Assembly (NCBI GenBank): GCA_003151625.1
Contig: PLYC01000007.1
Coordinates: 2,929-66,928 of the forward strand
DNA from: Candidatus Doudnabacteria bacterium
GTDB lineage: Bacteria > Patescibacteriota > Doudnabacteria > UBA920
Reading direction: 5' to 3'
DNA: 64,000 nt
Positions 63,750 to 64,000 of the stretch are shown here, piece after piece (the stretch's first letter is position 1; every line of letters starts with the position of its first letter). Under the pieces are notes generated by a model. The model was not told where the DNA came from. It saw only the letters and a list, made by a program, of their open reading frames with translations, and did not search any database. A program made the translations under genes and the position numbers.

Positions 63750-64000
63750 TTATTTTAACCGGACTTCATCTCCGGTTTTTATTTTGTTTCTGTCCGCCCA
63801 CCCAGCGCTAACTTCCAGGACCTGATTTACGGGTGCCGGCGGCCTGTATGTCGGCAGGGGATCGTTCGGGGTGTTTGGGTGGCTTACGTTGGGAGTAATA
63901 CCAATAATTTCTCCGCCGGCTATCCAAATAAAATCCAAATCAAATTTCATGTCTTTCATCCAAAAGTTCGGTATTGCGGCATTGCCTCCGCCGGAGGCGG
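63750..64000 (-). CDS. DUF192 (COG1430) family protein, 5'-truncated by window end
   Basis: FWMKDMKFDLDFIWIAGGEIIGI ... YRPPAPVNQVLEVSAGWADRNKIKTGDEV matches DUF192. Frame stays open to nt 64000. Confidence 0.5.
   Translation of the reverse strand, partial: ASGGGNAAIPNFWMKDMKFDLDFIWIAGGEIIGITPNVSHPNTPNDPLPTYRPPAPVNQVLEVSAGWADRNKIKTGDEVRLK

Overview
This is an AT-rich bacterial chromosomal segment with many small genes. Confidently identified core genes are argS, ileS, hisS, smpB, recO, uvrD/pcrA, rsmA/ksgA, mnmA, ppa, a membrane H+-pyrophosphatase, a type II glutamine synthetase, an archaeal-type PEP carboxylase, pcm and cspA. There is also a set of cell-envelope enzymes: PBP5-type DD-carboxypeptidase, M23 peptidase, LysM-CHAP hydrolase, DsbA, a class-A beta-lactamase-like protein and two C39-like peptidases. 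The gene content and composition suggest a reduced-genome lineage such as Patescibacteria/CPR, but that is inference only. No rRNA, CRISPR array, transposase or integrase was seen. The unusual part is the density of non-coding repeat structure.

- **tRNA-anchored arrays.** Two tRNA genes, tRNA-Gly(CCC) and tRNA-Gln(CTG), each sit at the head of a string of small cassette-like genes, many of them high-GC. The cassettes are separated by about 40-nt direct repeats that mimic the 3' end of the respective tRNA. The Gly and Gln repeat families also share a common left arm.
- **Other repeat families.** At least seven other interspersed repeat families are present: a MITE with GGACTTACGCG terminal inverted repeats, an 88-nt repeat, a CGCTGA-box palindromic element, a 65-nt double-hairpin element, a CAATGGGCACCATTG hairpin, a TTCACGGCCGTGAA hairpin family, and large 'cgaaat' palindromic regions.
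- **Conserved gene-proximal leader element.** A roughly 150-nt element with a covarying hairpin occurs three times, each time immediately upstream of an unrelated gene.
- **In-frame palindromic insertions in housekeeping genes.** argS and ileS share a nearly identical 40-nt CGCGGA-repeat palindromic segment inserted in-frame. ksgA, mnmA (twice), pfkB and uvrD carry comparable GC-rich palindromic in-frame insertions, reminiscent of Rickettsia palindromic elements.
- **Foreign-composition DNA.** A 620-bp high-GC island with two overlapping small ORFs lies between glnII and pfkB.
- **glnII leader.** The glnII 5' region contains a promoter plus a hairpin-U-tract attenuator candidate.
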